From positions 64,001-128,000 of IMG/VR virus record IMGVR_UViG_3300028591_000004: 64,000 nucleotides of DNA; one strand, written 5' to 3'. This DNA is from a virus. Its lineage: Duplodnaviria; Caudoviricetes. Of this stretch, positions 62,734 to 64,000 are shown in pieces (the stretch's first letter is position 1; every line of letters begins with the position of its first letter). The notes beneath the pieces were generated by a model, which was not told the origin of the DNA, did not search any database, and saw only the letters and a list, made by a program, of their open reading frames with translations. The translations under genes and the position numbers were made by a program.

Positions 62734-63714
62734 TCATTTCATTTTCTCGATATGTTTTAACCAATCTTCGATTGTTACAGCCTCCATGCGCATACCTTCT
62801 TGTACAAAGCGAGTACGAATACTGTTGGAAATAGCCATCTTGTCGTTAATCGGCATATTTTCCCAAAGAGATTTGAATTCTTTAAAATATGTTTTAAATC
62901 GCAATTCTGTTTTATGACGATATTCCTGGTTCTCCTGATTTCGCCACTCTTCTTTGTTCATTGTGTAATATGCATCAAAAATCATAGACGTAACGTAAAG
63001 CATGGCTTTATCATGAACGCCTCTCCGCAAAAACTCTTTTATCAAAGCAGTATTACTGTCTAACATATTGTTGTATGTCTTTAAAATATATTTAGGGTCG
63101 TGTCGACAAACACTGTTGTCTCTCCACTTCCAAAGATAGAAGGGAGTAGGACAAAACTTTGCATTGTCTGTAAGATTCTGACAAAGAATATTAAAATAAG
63201 AATCTTCGTGGATTGTTAAATCATCGTTCCAGCGGATTTTCTTTTCTAATAAATAATGCCGTCTATGAATTTTCCCATGAACGAAAGTACTGTCCATTTC
63301 ACGATTTAAATAAAACACTTCTTTGGTTTCAGGCATACGATTCTCTTCGATAAACACAGAAACCATTGTATCAAAACCACCGGGAGCGTTCATTTCCCTG
63401 AACATCATCCACAATCCACACACATTGCAGAACATATCATCCGCATCACAGAACATAACATAGTCTGCTTTAGAGTGATCCAAGCAAGCATTTCGAGTTG
63501 CAGATACTCCTTTATGCGGTTCTTTGTAATAAGAGACTTTAAACGGATAAGAATTTAAAAAATCTTCTGTTAAATAGATATCGGAGCCATCGTTGCATAT
63601 GATGACTCCGATATCGTTAAAATCGACATTTTGTTGAATCGCAATAGAATCCAACAAAGGTTTTACAACTTTATCTGTTTCGTTGTATTGGGGAACTAAT
63701 ATATCAAGCTTCAT
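62734..63714 (-). CDS. Glycosyltransferase family 2
   Basis: ILVPQYNE, NDGS, GVSATRN, FCDADD, HED. Confidence 0.9.
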   Translation of the reverse strand: MKLDILVPQYNETDKVVKPLLDSIAIQQNVDFNDIGVIICNDGSDIYLTEDFLNSYPFKVSYYKEPHKGVSATRNACLDHSKADYVMFCDADDMFCNVCGLWMMFREMNAPGGFDTMVSVFIEENRMPETKEVFYLNREMDSTFVHGKIHRRHYLLEKKIRWNDDLTIHEDSYFNILCQNLTDNAKFCPTPFYLWKWRDNSVCRHDPKYILKTYNNMLDSNTALIKEFLRRGVHDKAMLYVTSMIFDAYYTMNKEEWRNQENQEYRHKTELRFKTYFKEFKSLWENMPINDKMAISNSIRTRFVQEGMRMEAVTIEDWLKHIEKMK

Positions 63715-63726
63715 TATCTTTACCTC

Positions 63727-64000
63727 TTATTCTGTATACATTGAAAATCTTTCTGCTAAACTACTGTATGTAATTACATAAGAATAATACAAACTTGAAG
63801 GGACTATAATACTACCATAATAACCTAAATAACTACTATTTGTTATAGGTGTGTTCTCGAATGCGTTAGTTATACTTGCTATTGTATTTATTAACAATAC
63901 AACTGATTTAAGAGTAGTGCATCCATAGAACGCTGAAAGGTTTATATAACGACAATTAGGCAGCGTTATCTCTGACAATTCTATACACTTGCTAAAAGCA
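63727..64000 (-). CDS. BspA-type leucine-rich repeat protein, C-terminal part (runs off window)
   Basis: ITLPNCRYINLSAFYGCTTLKSV; GSIIVPSSLY. Confidence 0.7.
   Translation of the reverse strand, partial: AFSKCIELSEITLPNCRYINLSAFYGCTTLKSVVLLINTIASITNAFENTPITNSSYLGYYGSIIVPSSLYYSYVITYSSLAERFSMYTE

Overview
A 64-kb segment of a large temperate, SPbeta-like phage, most likely of a Bacillota (Clostridia-type) host. The att site is intact (attP form). Plus strand, 1-52.2 kb: ThiF/E1-like gene, retron-type reverse transcriptase (RT), YonO-like single-subunit RNA polymerase, replication/recombination genes (Sak-like SSAP, SSB, primase-helicase, PD-(D/E)XK nuclease, DnaE, RuvC-like), ThyX, RNA ligase, RNase H, excisionase/integrase with a tRNA-Ser(CGA) 5'-half attP, HU, then about 21 kb of small accessory ORFs partly organised as repeat-bounded cassette arrays. 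Minus strand, 52.3-64 kb: lysis and tail-fibre genes, a GT2 glycosyltransferase and a partial LRR gene. Main discovery: one retron-like RT and FOUR retron-like ncRNAs (719-976 and 2126-2332 flanking the RT; 6987-7152 and 7152-7317 in tandem about 5 kb away, between SSB and primase). All share one scaffold (covarying terminal inverted repeat, then G-AWAA, hairpin 1, hairpin 2 with TGTAA, and TTAG before the 3' arm) but carry unrelated msd-like hairpin cargoes. Second: a dispersed family of anticodon-less tRNA-shaped ncRNAs with large variable inserts. All calls come from reading the sequence by eye; no searches or folding programs were run.
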